64,000 bases of DNA, from NCBI RefSeq assembly GCF_964213995.1, contig NC_135805.1:140616001-140680000 (forward strand), in the 5' to 3' direction. The DNA is from Mustelus asterias. Lineage: Eukaryota. The position numbers and the translations under genes are program-made. The notes beneath the pieces are model-generated. The model was not told where the DNA came from, did no database searches, and saw only the letters and a program-made list of their open reading frames with translations. Within the stretch, counting starts at the first letter, position 1. Each line of letters starts with the position of its first letter. Shown here one piece after another: positions 37,995 to 49,513 of the stretch.

Positions 37995-40900
37995 AGTGCT
38001 TCAAATTTGACAGATACTTCCTTGATTCCCTGACTTGCAATAATATCTTCTTCATTTGGGCCAACTGAATAAAGCAGTGTGATAAACCGACATCTGAAGT
38101 GGGTGGGGCATATGGGGCAGGGCCAAGCCATGGTAGCCCGATCGGGGAGGGGGGCGGGGTGGGGGCTGCTGCACATTTTGCCAGCGATTGGTGGAGAAAG
38201 GGGGAGGGTCCACTGCCGCTGTGTCGGCAGTCAGTGGGGGGAGGGAGAGGAACCTGCTGCTGCTCTACAGCTGTGATTGGTGGGGGCAATCGGTCTGGAC
38301 GGCGGGAGGGACAGTGGCAGTGAAGCCCGCGATCAGCCGCAGGCCCCGCGATTGAGAGGCTGGGGACTGGATTAAGGCTAGCTCCAGCAGCAGAGGCCAG
38401 ACAGTGCTCGCTCTCTCTCTCTCTCTGTGTCAGACCTGCTGTTGGAATTGTGTCTGCACATGTGCAATAACTTCCTCTGCTGCCTGATCAGCTAGATGGT
38501 GAATTAAGCTGCCCACTGACTCTAGTAGCTAAAAACAATCTAGTCCCTTTTATCATGCACTAAATGCATAAGATTGGGATTAAAAACTTGCCCAAAAAAC
38601 GGATCTGCAACACTCCCATTTTCACGCTAGCTGGACACTTAGAATTTTTCTCGTAAAATTCTGCCCTGCTGCAGCAAACTGTGCAAGGCAAAACTCTGAA
38701 ATGCATAGAAGGCCCAAAGATTATCCATGAGGTAAAGTCTACAAGCCTGGAAGACACACAGCCATGCTTCTTGGATGAGGTAAAATATCTTGGTTTCTCA
38801 TGTTGAAATGAGGACAAATTTTTAACGTATTTTAAATTAGACACAGGAATTAGTGTAACAGTCCTGTCCGGCAAAGAACCATGGCTGGTGAACCAGCGGC
38901 CGATGCTTCCCATGACACACCTATATGGGGCAGAAGGCATAAAGCTCCTGGTGAAAGGCATTCTGCAGGAGACACTGTTCAATCTGTGAGAGCCTCTTTG
39001 TGATCTATAACCAGGACTGTTCATTACTAAACTGTAAAGCTTGTGTTTAATCTGTCATAGAAGACTGATGAGGTCGGCCAGCAAGGACCTGGCTCAAAGT
39101 GCAAAAGTGAGCCTCTGAAACTCTTCACAGGACTTTGGTAACTGAAAAACACATACAGGAGAATACAGAGACAATGCTAAATCTGTGTGCCTATTCATAC
39201 CACATAGGATCCCACAACCACTCATGAACCAGGTGCAGCAACAGCTGGATGAGATGACAAACATGGGAGTCATCTCCCCAGTCACACAACCAACTGCACG
39301 GTATTCAGGGGTGGCGCCAGTGCCAAAACCGAACAGGTGCATCTATACCTGTATCAACCTGACACAGCTCAGTAAAGCCATAGCCAAAGAAACATATCCG
39401 ATGTCCTTAGTGGACAAAAGCCTGACGAAACACTCAAAGAGCATGATTTTTTTCAAAACTGGATGCAAACAGCAGCTTTTGGCAAATCCCTGCTAATTAA
39501 ATGTTCAGGCTGCTGACAACATTTATTACTCCCTAAAGCAGATTATGCTTCAACTCTCTGCCATTTGGAATTATGTCGGCACCAGAAATATTCCAATGTA
39601 AGGTGTCAGCCATGTTCCATTCCCTTTAGGGGGGTCATTTGCCATATGGACAATTTATTGGCTCATGGTGCAATGGTGGATAAACATGAAGAGAAACTCT
39701 CAGCAGTTTTGGAACATCTGCAGGTGGAAGGGCTGACGCTGAATTTCATTCCTGAGCCATATTGGCAGGAATAAAAGCAGACCCACAAAAAAAATCAAAA
39801 CTCTCAGCGAGCTCTCAACCCATCTTCAATTCCATACATACAGCGATTTGTAGGGATGGTCAACTAGCAATATTTTTACTGAATTTGGCGCAGGTTACAA
39901 GACCCTTGAGGCATCTACTTAAGAGAGACCAAGCATGATGCTAGGACTCATATCAGGGGCAGTCCCACTACGACCCAATCCTGCTCACCTCCATAGCAAT
40001 GGATGCATTATGCACAAGTCTGAGAACAGTCGTATTCCAGGAAGAATTGGATGGAAGTCACTGACCTGTGTACTACATGTCCAGAAGGTTGTCAGACACA
40101 AAGATGCGTATGCCATCATAGAAAAGGAAGCTTTTTCAGTCACCTGGGCATGCAAAATGTTTTCAGACTCTATCATGAGCTTCAAGGTTACAATCGAAAC
40201 ATACTACAGGCCACTAATCTCCTTTATTGGACAAGAAGGGGCTAGCAAAGATGCCTCCCAGAATATAGAGATCTGTCCCTTGTTCCTTTGTGTGGTTGTT
40301 GTATTAAATGTTGGGGAACGTTACCAGGGCTTTGAGAGCAGATGAGAGGTTGTGCTAGCACTGAGAACACTAGGAGTGACTTGCCCTTCAAATATTATAA
40401 TCTGTACAAGAACACAAACCCAAAATAAAATAAAATACCTTTATTAATGTCTTCTTAAACATAAAACTCAAATACATTTCATAGATTTGAAAGAGTAAGA
40501 AGTGCCTTTAAATGTTCTATTTGCTGTATTAGGGCTTGCATTTATCTTAGTCTGATGTAGCCCCACATGTTGCACAGCACTGAATCATGGCTCGATAGGA
40601 TTAAGACATTGAGCACAAAGTAACATGAAACAGCAACAACAGGAATCTGAATAACACAAGGCAATATATTGCTGCTCCTTTATCAGAAAGTGCAGTGTGT
40701 CAGGCTGTTCTTATCAACAGCTTTGGACTAGTCATTTTTCTTCCCACAATCCTTTGGTACTGAGGACAGGGTCACAGTCTGGAGTTCGTCATGACTGCAT
40801 GTTCTTTTCAAAGAACTGATGCTGCGAGGCATATATATTTATTAATAGGTACAACACAGGATGCAATTCAACATTTTCACAAAGTCCTACAATAATTTTC

Positions 40901-41279
40901 CTCATACACGTTTAATGTGGTGAGAGACAGCAATGTTGGGAATTGCAGTCAATGAAACATTTTGTAATTAAACATAATGATTTAAAATAACTTGCTGTGG
41001 AGGACACTAATGTGTAAAACAGTTCCAAATAGCTACGGCAGCAATAATGCACTAAGTAAAGTGCTTTATAATTAAAGTGGCAAGATTTGTAATTATTTTA
41101 TAGGGCAGCATCGCAAAACTGCCTATTGTGTGTAGCCAGCAGGAAAAGTCAGTAAAGTTGGTGGTAAACAAGTGCAGTACACTGCAGCCTTCAGACTATT
41201 CATGTCTTACTGTCATCAAAGAATATTGCAGAATTTATTCTGTCAAAAGTATATGTATATATACATTTTTAAATTTCGA

Positions 41280-42450
41280 TTTTGGGACATGGGCGTCGCT
41301 GGCTGGCCAGCATTTATTGCCCATTCCTAGTTGCCCTTGAGAAGGTGGTGGTGAGCTACCTCCTTGAATCACTGCAGTCCATGTGCTGTGGGTTGACCCA
41401 CAATGCCGTTAGGGAGGGAATTCCAGGATTTTGACCCAGCGACTGTGAAGGAATGGCGATATATTTCCGAGTCAGGACGGTGAGTGGCTTGGAGGGGAAC
41501 TTGCAGGTGGTGGCGTTCCCATGTATCTGCTGCCCTTGTCCCTCTAGATGGAAGTGGTTATGGGTTTGGAAGGTGCTGTTTAAGGATCTTTGGTGAATTG
41601 CTGCAGTGCATCTTGTAGATAGTATACACTGCTGCTGCTGAGCATTGGTGGTGGAGGGAGTGGATGTTTGTAGATGTGGTACCAATCAAGCGGGCTACTT
41701 TGTCCTGGATGGTGTCAAGCTTCTTGAGGGTTGTTGGAGCTGCACCCGTCCAGGCAAGTGGAGAGTATTCCATCACACTCCTGACTTGTTCATTGTAGAT
41801 GGTGGGTAGGCTTTGGGGAGTCAGGAGGTGAGTTACTCACTGCAGTATTCCTCGCTTCTGACCTGCTCTTGTAGCCACTGTGTTTATGTGGTGAGTCCAG
41901 TTGAGTTTCTGGTCAATGGTGACCCCAACGATGTTGACAGTGGGGGATTCAGTGATGGTTACACCATTGTATGTCAAGGGGTGGTGGTTAGAGTGTCTCT
42001 TATTGTTGATGGTCATTGCCTGTCATTTGTGTGGCACAAATGTCACTTGCCACTTGTCAGCCCAAGCCTGGATATTGTCCAGATCTGGTTGCATTTGAAC
42101 ATGGACTGCTTCAGTATCTGAGGAGTTGCGAATGGTGCTGAACATTGTGCAATCATCGGCGAACATCCCCATTTCTGACCTTATGACGGAGGGAAGGTTA
42201 TTGATGAAACAGCTGAAGATTGTTTGGGCTGAGAACACTGCCCTGAGGGACTCCTAGAGAGATGTCCTGGAACTGAGATGACTGATCCTCCACAACCATA
42301 ACCATCTTCCTAAGTACCAGGTATGCCTCCAGCCAGTCGAGTGTTTGCCCCCTGATACCCATTGATTCCAGTTTTGCTAGGGCTCCTTGATGCCACACTC
42401 ATTCAAATAAGGCCTTGATGTCAAGGGTTGTCACTCTCAACTCACCTCTA
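41280..42450 (-). mobile_element. CR1-group LINE (distinct subfamily) RT 3' part
   Basis: [31 protein letters not shown]. Further fragments at about 4670-4750, 23030-23180, 48275-48385 and 55770-56080. Confidence 0.88.
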
Positions 42451-45400
42451 TATACAAAAAATGTCACAATGCAGGATTGAAGTAAAACTGTCTGCAGGTG
42501 AAAATAATTTATCGAGAGAGGTGAAGCAAAACTCAACTTAAAGACCATAAATTGAAAAAGGCCAGGTCAGAACCAGTACCCAGCACACTGAAATACGCTG
42601 TCAAACATTCGCTCAGAGAGCTGCGAATGTTATTTTTATACCTTTCTCTTATTTGCAATCCCCCAGCTGAAAATGTATTTTGTTTCATTTCTTATGTTGC
42701 AAAGCAAATTCAAATCTCAGATTTCCATTGGTCCACCCCTCGTCATGAAATATAATTAGGGCAAATGGTTTCACTCTTGCAATGTGTCAACAACAACCCC
42801 ATGAATTTTCTACACTATAGAACAGCAGAAAATACAAGACTATGTATTCTGTCATCTATCTATCTGGTCCCAAAAATTAACCTCTAATGAATACTGTACT
42901 GTTTCTTGAACTTTTGATTTGGAAAATGTTTGGAAACACTGCCTTGTTTGGAAGTAGAGAACCTTTTTATGACTTTGTTCTGTGTACTTTTTGCACTGAT
43001 GTAATTAATTTATTTTCCCCTTCTGTTTCTTTGTTTACCTTTTCTACCCTCTCCGTCTCATTCATTGCCTCCCTGTTTCCATGCCACTGTGAAAAGTACA
43101 AAAAATAACCATCATCCACTATCTGGTGGGAATTGCAGATGTAAAGAGATTGGATATCCATGGTGAAAAGGAGATGGTTAGGACCAGCCAGTTAATCTCT
43201 CCTGCCTTGCATCCCTTTGCAGACTATGGGTGGGATTCTCTGGTCCTGATGCAGTGAATGGAGATCTGGCTGAGCGCCAAATTTTCTGTCCTCACTGGCA
43301 GCAGCAGCAGGGCATGAATGGCCAGGGAATTCTGGACCTTGTCTTTTGTTCTTCCCTACTCCCCTACTTTCTATGCATTTGTATATCTCCAAGGTCATTA
43401 ACCTGGAACTTTGGGTCAGATTTTAATTGTGTATGAGTAGTTGGTTTTGAATGAGCTAAAGGGGAAGCAATGGTATAGTGATATTGTCACTAGACTAGTA
43501 ATCCAGACAGCCAAGGTAATCCAGAGATTCAGGGATCTGGGTACAAATCCTACCGCAGCAGATGTCGAAATTTGAACTCACTATAAATCTGGAATTAAAA
43601 GTCCAATGATGATCATGAAATCATTGTTGATTGTTATAAAAGCCTATTTGATTCATTGATGTCTTTTAAGGAAGGAAATCTGCCACCCTTACCTGGTCCG
43701 GCCTACTTATGACTCCAGATCCACAGCAATGTGGTTGACTCTTAAATGCCCTCTGAAATGGCTTAGCAAGCCACTCAGTTCAGGGCAATTGGGGATGGGC
43801 AATAAATGCAGACCCAGCCAGTGATGCCACATTCCAATAAAAAACAATCTTGCTCTTATTTCAGTTTCTCTCTTCAGAGATGCTGCTAAGTGTTATCAGC
43901 ATTTTCTGTTTTAAATATAGATATTGATCTCAGACCGGTAAACTAAGGGTTCCAGCTTATCAGTAACTATTTATATTGTAGATACTGGTCTCCAATGGGA
44001 TATTTTAGGAGTTCCAGCCCATTAGTAGCCCTCTATACAGCTCAATAACAGTAAGGGTTCCAGCCCACCTGTACCTGTTTATGCATTTTCACTGTTCCAT
44101 GTACATAACTGAACACACAACTCCTGCTGTAGGGTTTAGGGAGTGTGGCTTCCCATTCTAAGCATTTAACTCAGCCTTGGTAGTTTAAGTTATATGCTTT
44201 ATTTCCACACCTTGCAGCATGGGACTGTCTTCTCTGACGTGTTTCACAGAACTTGGACTGAGCTCCAGCTATACATTAGATTTGAGCATTGTATTTGGGC
44301 GAAACAGGATCAGAGAGAGGCTTGGGGATAATAGGACTAGGGTATGCAGGTGTAGTTTACTCCCCATTTTGCCTTTATTGTTTCATAAATCTCTATGTCC
44401 ACGTTTATAATGATAACTGGCTCTGTATGTTGCAAGGGCACACTGCTTTGCATCTGAAGCTGCTTTATAAATACACTCTTAATTAGTTGACCACTGTTTT
44501 CTTTACACACTTTGAAACATCATTCAATTCACTTATCTACTGCTGACAACTGCTGGAGCCCATGCTATTGTGAAAAGATAATCTCATTTCCACTGAGTTG
44601 GTACACCCTTTGCTTATCTATAATGCATTAATAATCTTGGGCCTCAAACTCCTGCTGGTCTTCTGATATTAACTTTGGCAGGAGACAAGCGGAACCCCAA
44701 GGGAGTTTGTGCCAAGGCTATTTTTAGCTTGTTCCATGATGTTCTGATGGTCTCACACTGAAGTAATGTCAAGAGACCAAGAGATTTCCATTTTGTCTGC
44801 ACTCACTTCCTATCAACTTTTCCCATTATAAATTTCTATGTCCAGGTTTGTAATGGAAACTTACCACACTGTCATTAAGTACTCCTTCCCTCATTTCCAG
44901 TGGAGTCACTGCAAACCCGATACTGGCAGGAAAGTTAACTGGACAACTTTACAGAGGCAGTTACTAATATGACTATTGACTTAAGGATATATAAAGAATA
45001 TATAACAGTAATAATGGAACAAAATGAGGACTAAATTACGTCTGTTTACATGGTCCTAATATCCCCCATTTTCTAATCTTACACAGCACAATTTATTTTT
45101 ATTTTCTAATCTCCCTATCCACTTTCCTCCCTGAAAAAATTTCAAAAACTAAAAGCTTTCCTTTATGTGGATATCTCTTCATTCTAACATTCGCACTATA
45201 CATTTGAAAGGAGTTACCAGGCCTCGTGTAAGTGCAAGTAATATGGACAAATAGAACTAAAAGCTGTGAAAGATCTGTTAAGTGTGGCTCCCCCTAAAAT
45301 ATCTAAGAAGAGAATTAAAAAACAGCATGATAAACAAGGACACTATTTTCTTTCACAATTGATATGTAAACAGCATATTCCAGCTCAAATGCGGTGCAAA

Positions 45401-47329
45401 ATTTAGCCACTAGGCAGTAATAATCTTCAGAAGCATGTTGGAGCAAAGTGACATCCAATATGCCTCCAAGCAGCTTCCACTAAAATATAATGATAGCAGT
45501 GTCACCACCATCCCCAACAAATTCAAATTTCGGACACGAAAAATCTGTAGCATGCCAGTTCATATATCAGTAAAGAATGTATCATGTCCACTCTCAATGC
45601 ACTGAATCCTGCACTTGATTCCACAGAAATAAAAATGTAATATAAAGATTAAATGAAAATAATAAACAAAATATAACACTGTTCCAGTTCCAGTAAGTTG
45701 TCCATTAAAACTGTCCTATCAGAGAAGTAAGACAAAAGGAGTTTGGATACAGAACCTGAAATTAGATCGGTAGCATTTAAATCTCATAGATTTATCTGAA
45801 ATTCCTCTCTGCAATGTTTTATTGGAGAAACTAACAAGTTTGCAACAATTTTGATTGATTAAAAACGTCCACTAAATGACACAGCAGAAAATATTGTGTT
45901 CATACATAGTATTCCACTGTGTAATTTGTTTAGAAAGGAAATTCAAAATGCAGAAAATTATAACTAGATTGAGAGATTATAATAATACAGATAGATAGAC
46001 TGAAGAAGCTAGAGTTGATCCCCTTAGAGCAAAGAAGGCTAAGAGGAGATTTGTTAGAGGTATTGAAAATCATGAAGGGTAAAATAGAGAAAATAAAGAG
46101 AAACTGGACAGAATTTTCCCAAAAATGGCAAAGTGTCAGGTTCTGATTGAAAATGGCGTGTTTCTCCCCAGAGAAACGGGCAGGTTTTCTCTCCAGATCT
46201 TATGATAATTTGCCATTTTAAAACAGAGGGCATATTTTGCACTGTCTTTAATCTTGGGGTCTAAACACTCCACAGAGATAAAAATGGTGCCCCAGCTCAA
46301 ATTAAACTTAAAGAGTACCTGTTCCCCCCCACAATTTGCCAGCATTGAGGTATTGGCACCCCCCCCCCCCAATTGTCGGTATTGGGGCCATCAGCGCTCC
46401 CCCCCCCCCCCCCCCCATCTCCCATTCTTCCACCTCCCCGTCTCTTCCTCCCCACCCCACGTGAAGCAAACCTCACTTTGGAGTCACCTAAAGGCTCAGC
46501 CCATTTAGGCCCTGCACCCTATAGGCCCCATTTCTGTGGCAGTGCCAGCCATACCATGTCCCTGACCACTACTTGGAGCTGCACTGACCTCTGTGCCCCC
46601 AGGTGTGGTCATCACAACTGGAAACCAGTAATGATTCCCACCAGTGTGACGTCAAGGCAGTTTTTATAGAATTAATGGAATGAATGGTTAGAATATGGAA
46701 TGCATTGCCTCACGGGATAGTAGATGCATATTAATTGTAACCTTCAAAAGAGAATTAGATAAATATTTGAAGAAAAAGTTGCAGAGATATGGGGAAAGAG
46801 CGAGGGATTGGAAGTAACAGGACTGCTCTATGAAAGAGCCTTGATGGGTTGATGGCTTCCTTTTGTGCTGTACTCTTCTATGATTCTGGAGGCTGGTTAG
46901 CTCAGTTGACTAGATGTGATGCAGAATGATACTAGCAGTGCAGGTTCAATCCCTGTACTGGCAATGGAAAATTATGGAGGCCCTGCCTCCTTGCTTTGCC
47001 TCATGTGATGCTTCAAGCCAAAATGTATTTTCTGTAATGGAGAGGAATACTAGATAATAATTATATGAGATTGCTTGTGCAAAAAGATGGTACTGGAATC
47101 TATGATCTTGGTGCAAACAATTGCAACCACAGGCAAAGTTAAAATAAATTCAGTTAAAATGTTCAGAAATCCTATTCCTTTTCCTTGATCATAGTTCACA
47201 TTGAAGTCATACGTCATAAGATGGAGAATTCTGGTGGACTATTGGCTGACAGTGACTGAATTTGGGATGAACCTAGTTCACCCAACTTTCGATGTCATTT
47301 AGGTTGAAGTGTAAATAGCAAAGAAAGAA

Positions 47330-47705
47330 AGCATTGACTTTTATCCAGCAACTTTTCACAACATCAGGATATTCCAAAGTGTTTTACACCCAATAAAGCA
47401 CTTTTAAAATAGTCACTCTTGTATTGCAGGAAATGTGACAGCCTATTTGCTCATAGCAAGCTCCCATAAACAAGATGTGATGAACGACCAGATAATCTGT
47501 TTAGGTGTTGACTGAGAAATAATTATTGGCCAAGAGACTTAAGAGAACTCCCCTGCCACGGGATCTTTTATATCCACCTGAAAGGACAGATGAGACTCAG
47601 TTTAACATCTTATCGACAGACAGCACCTCTCTCAGTACTGCACTGGCACTGATGTGTCAACCTAGATTTGGTGCTCAAGTTTCTGGCATGGGACTTGAAC
47701 CTAAT
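47330..47705 (-). mobile_element. Deu-domain SINE (SacSINE1/AmnSINE1-like)
   Basis: CCACCTGAAAGGACAGATGAGACTCAGTTTAACATCTTATC..GCACCTC..CAGTACTGCACTGG resembles the reverse complement of the Deu core as I recall it; B-box at 47692-47701; L2-like tail. Confidence 0.7.
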
Positions 47706-47942
47706 TATCCTCCGGATATTGTGCTAACAAAGTACCCCCAAACATCACCAATAAGATTACTGATAGAGTTGGAGTGTGACCTTACGAAAAAAATTCGAAG
47801 CGCTGAAGGAGTGAGAAAGCGGGAATGAATGGTGTCAGTTATTTCAGCGAGCCATGAGACACGATCTTGTGGCACTTAATGCAATAAGAGAGCCTCAATG
47901 CTATACGCGTTAACAACAGAGAGCTGCATATAAGCACCAACT

Positions 47943-48650
47943 ATGGACACACCAGAAGAACTGCTCCAAGGTTCACAGTGGGAGATGGGCCAGCTGCTGG
48001 ATGCAGTGGAGGAGAGGAAGGATATTTTCTTCTTTCCAAATGGGCAACGAGGCCTTGGAGGCAATGGCAGGAGCAGCCAGTGCCTGTGCACTGGCACAGA
48101 GGACCAGTTGCCAGTGCCGGAAGAAACTGCTGCCCGAACGAAGTCATTTGATGTGTGTCCAGCCCACCTTGCATCTGTCGTGCCTGCAATGTCAATTCAC
48201 TCCCTGACACCCCACGGTCTTCCAGCACCTGGCCCCCTAGTACCTGCCTCCAACCCCTGCACCCTCCCTCCCCCACTGACCGTTTCAAGAAGGCAGCTCA
48301 CTACCGCCTTTTCAAAGGCGACCAGTGATGGGCAATAAATGCTGGCCAGCCAGCGAAGCCCATATCCCATGCATGAATTAAAAAAGGGAGGGACAGGATT
48401 TTGGCAGCATGCTGCTGAATTAAAATATGTCATATGAATTAAGGTTTTGCGGATGCACTCCCTTGCACTGAACTTTGTCTTTCATTGCAGGGGATGACCC
48501 TGATACACCCGGCCTGTCTGGCATCTGCGTCTGCAGCCCCCACTCCCCCTGCTGAGATGCCCCACGACAGCTCAGAGGAAACCTAGGAGGAAGGCCCAGA
48601 GGAAACTACTGAGGCCAACACCAGTCAATCACACAGGCTTCCACCGGATA
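47943..48650 (+). pseudogene. Third Myb/SANT (Harbinger-like) pseudogene, homologous to 81-1663
   Basis: MDTP..TAPRFT..LLDAVEERKDIF..AQRTSCQCRKKL across frameshifts; acceptor TTCATTGCAG (48481-48490) precedes an acidic exon. Confidence 0.7.
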
Positions 48651-48699
48651 GCTATGAATGATGAGGACAGTCTTGAGAGTGAGATCTACCTGGTGCTAG

Positions 48700-49295
48700 T
48701 GGCATGATTTCAGATGTCTCCAGGCCAGTTTGTGGCATGGTTTGGTTCGGAAGTAGCTGTTTGTCACACACACTTCATGGTAACAGCATTGCTCCAGCAA
48801 CCTGCCAATTTTTGTTCTTCATGCCAATTCCCTGGTGCCCTATGCACATTGCCTAAGCTGCATAGTCAGTACTCACCCTTGTGTTGATGTTCCCTGGAAG
48901 TTACAGTCCCCTGGTGCTGAAAATGCTGCTGATGGTAGCTTCATGTTCTTCATAGAATTGATCCTTGACATCTGGGGTGAAGGTGAATGTCACAACATAG
49001 ATGCACATGAGGTTAACCTTCTGCAGATTGATGACCCATGCAAAATAGCTGTGATTGACAAAGAACTCATAAGGCTCCAAGCTTAAAGTGGACCCCTTAA
49101 AGAGAAACACTACAGATCCTTCTGGGAGGGGAAAACACAAGAAGCAACACGTGAGCTTGGAGTCGGTTTTGCAGTAAACAAAATTCTACTCCCCATGGTT
49201 GAACCCTCACAAAAGGCTCAGAAATTTCTTACTGTTGGGTTGTCAACAAGCACAGGCTCAGGTAACCCATGTGCATCTATGCCCCATCATCACCT
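48700..49295. mobile_element. RTE-clade LINE endonuclease remnant with internal inversion
   Basis: Plus strand: KIAVIDKELIRL..KEKHYRSFWEGK..GVGFAV..CIYAP. Minus strand: VNLMCIY..TPDVKDQFYEE.. Confidence 0.65.
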
Positions 49296-49513
49296 CCAAT
49301 CTGAATATTTGCAGCTTCCATTTTCAGTCCTGCATCAAATATAAAACACCTTCTGATTTATTTCCTATCCAGAATCCCCTACTATTTAATATCATGGCAT
49401 ATCAATTATAGAACATAGAACATAGAACATAGAACATTACAGCGCAGAACAGGCCCTTCGGCCCACGATGTTGCACCGACCAGTTAAAAAAAAAAAAACT
49501 GTGACCCTCCAAC

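Larger units (their letters stand above)
33510..40270 (+). mobile_element. Decayed Gypsy LTR retrotransposon (LTR, PBS, gag, PR, RT, RNase H) with nested CR1, MITE and PLE
   Basis: LTR-like block with AATAAA (33665); PBS-like GGTGGCAGC (about 35473); gag CEYG and CFQCNRIGHY; protease FKLDTG (about 38830); RT VQQQLDEMTNMGVISPV; RNase H YAIIEKEAFSVTWACKMF. Confidence 0.85.

Noticed and set aside
46890-46962. tRNA-like sequence with A and B boxes
   Set aside because: No convincing cloverleaf; it resembles the SINE head at about 11776-12200, so it is not called a tRNA gene.
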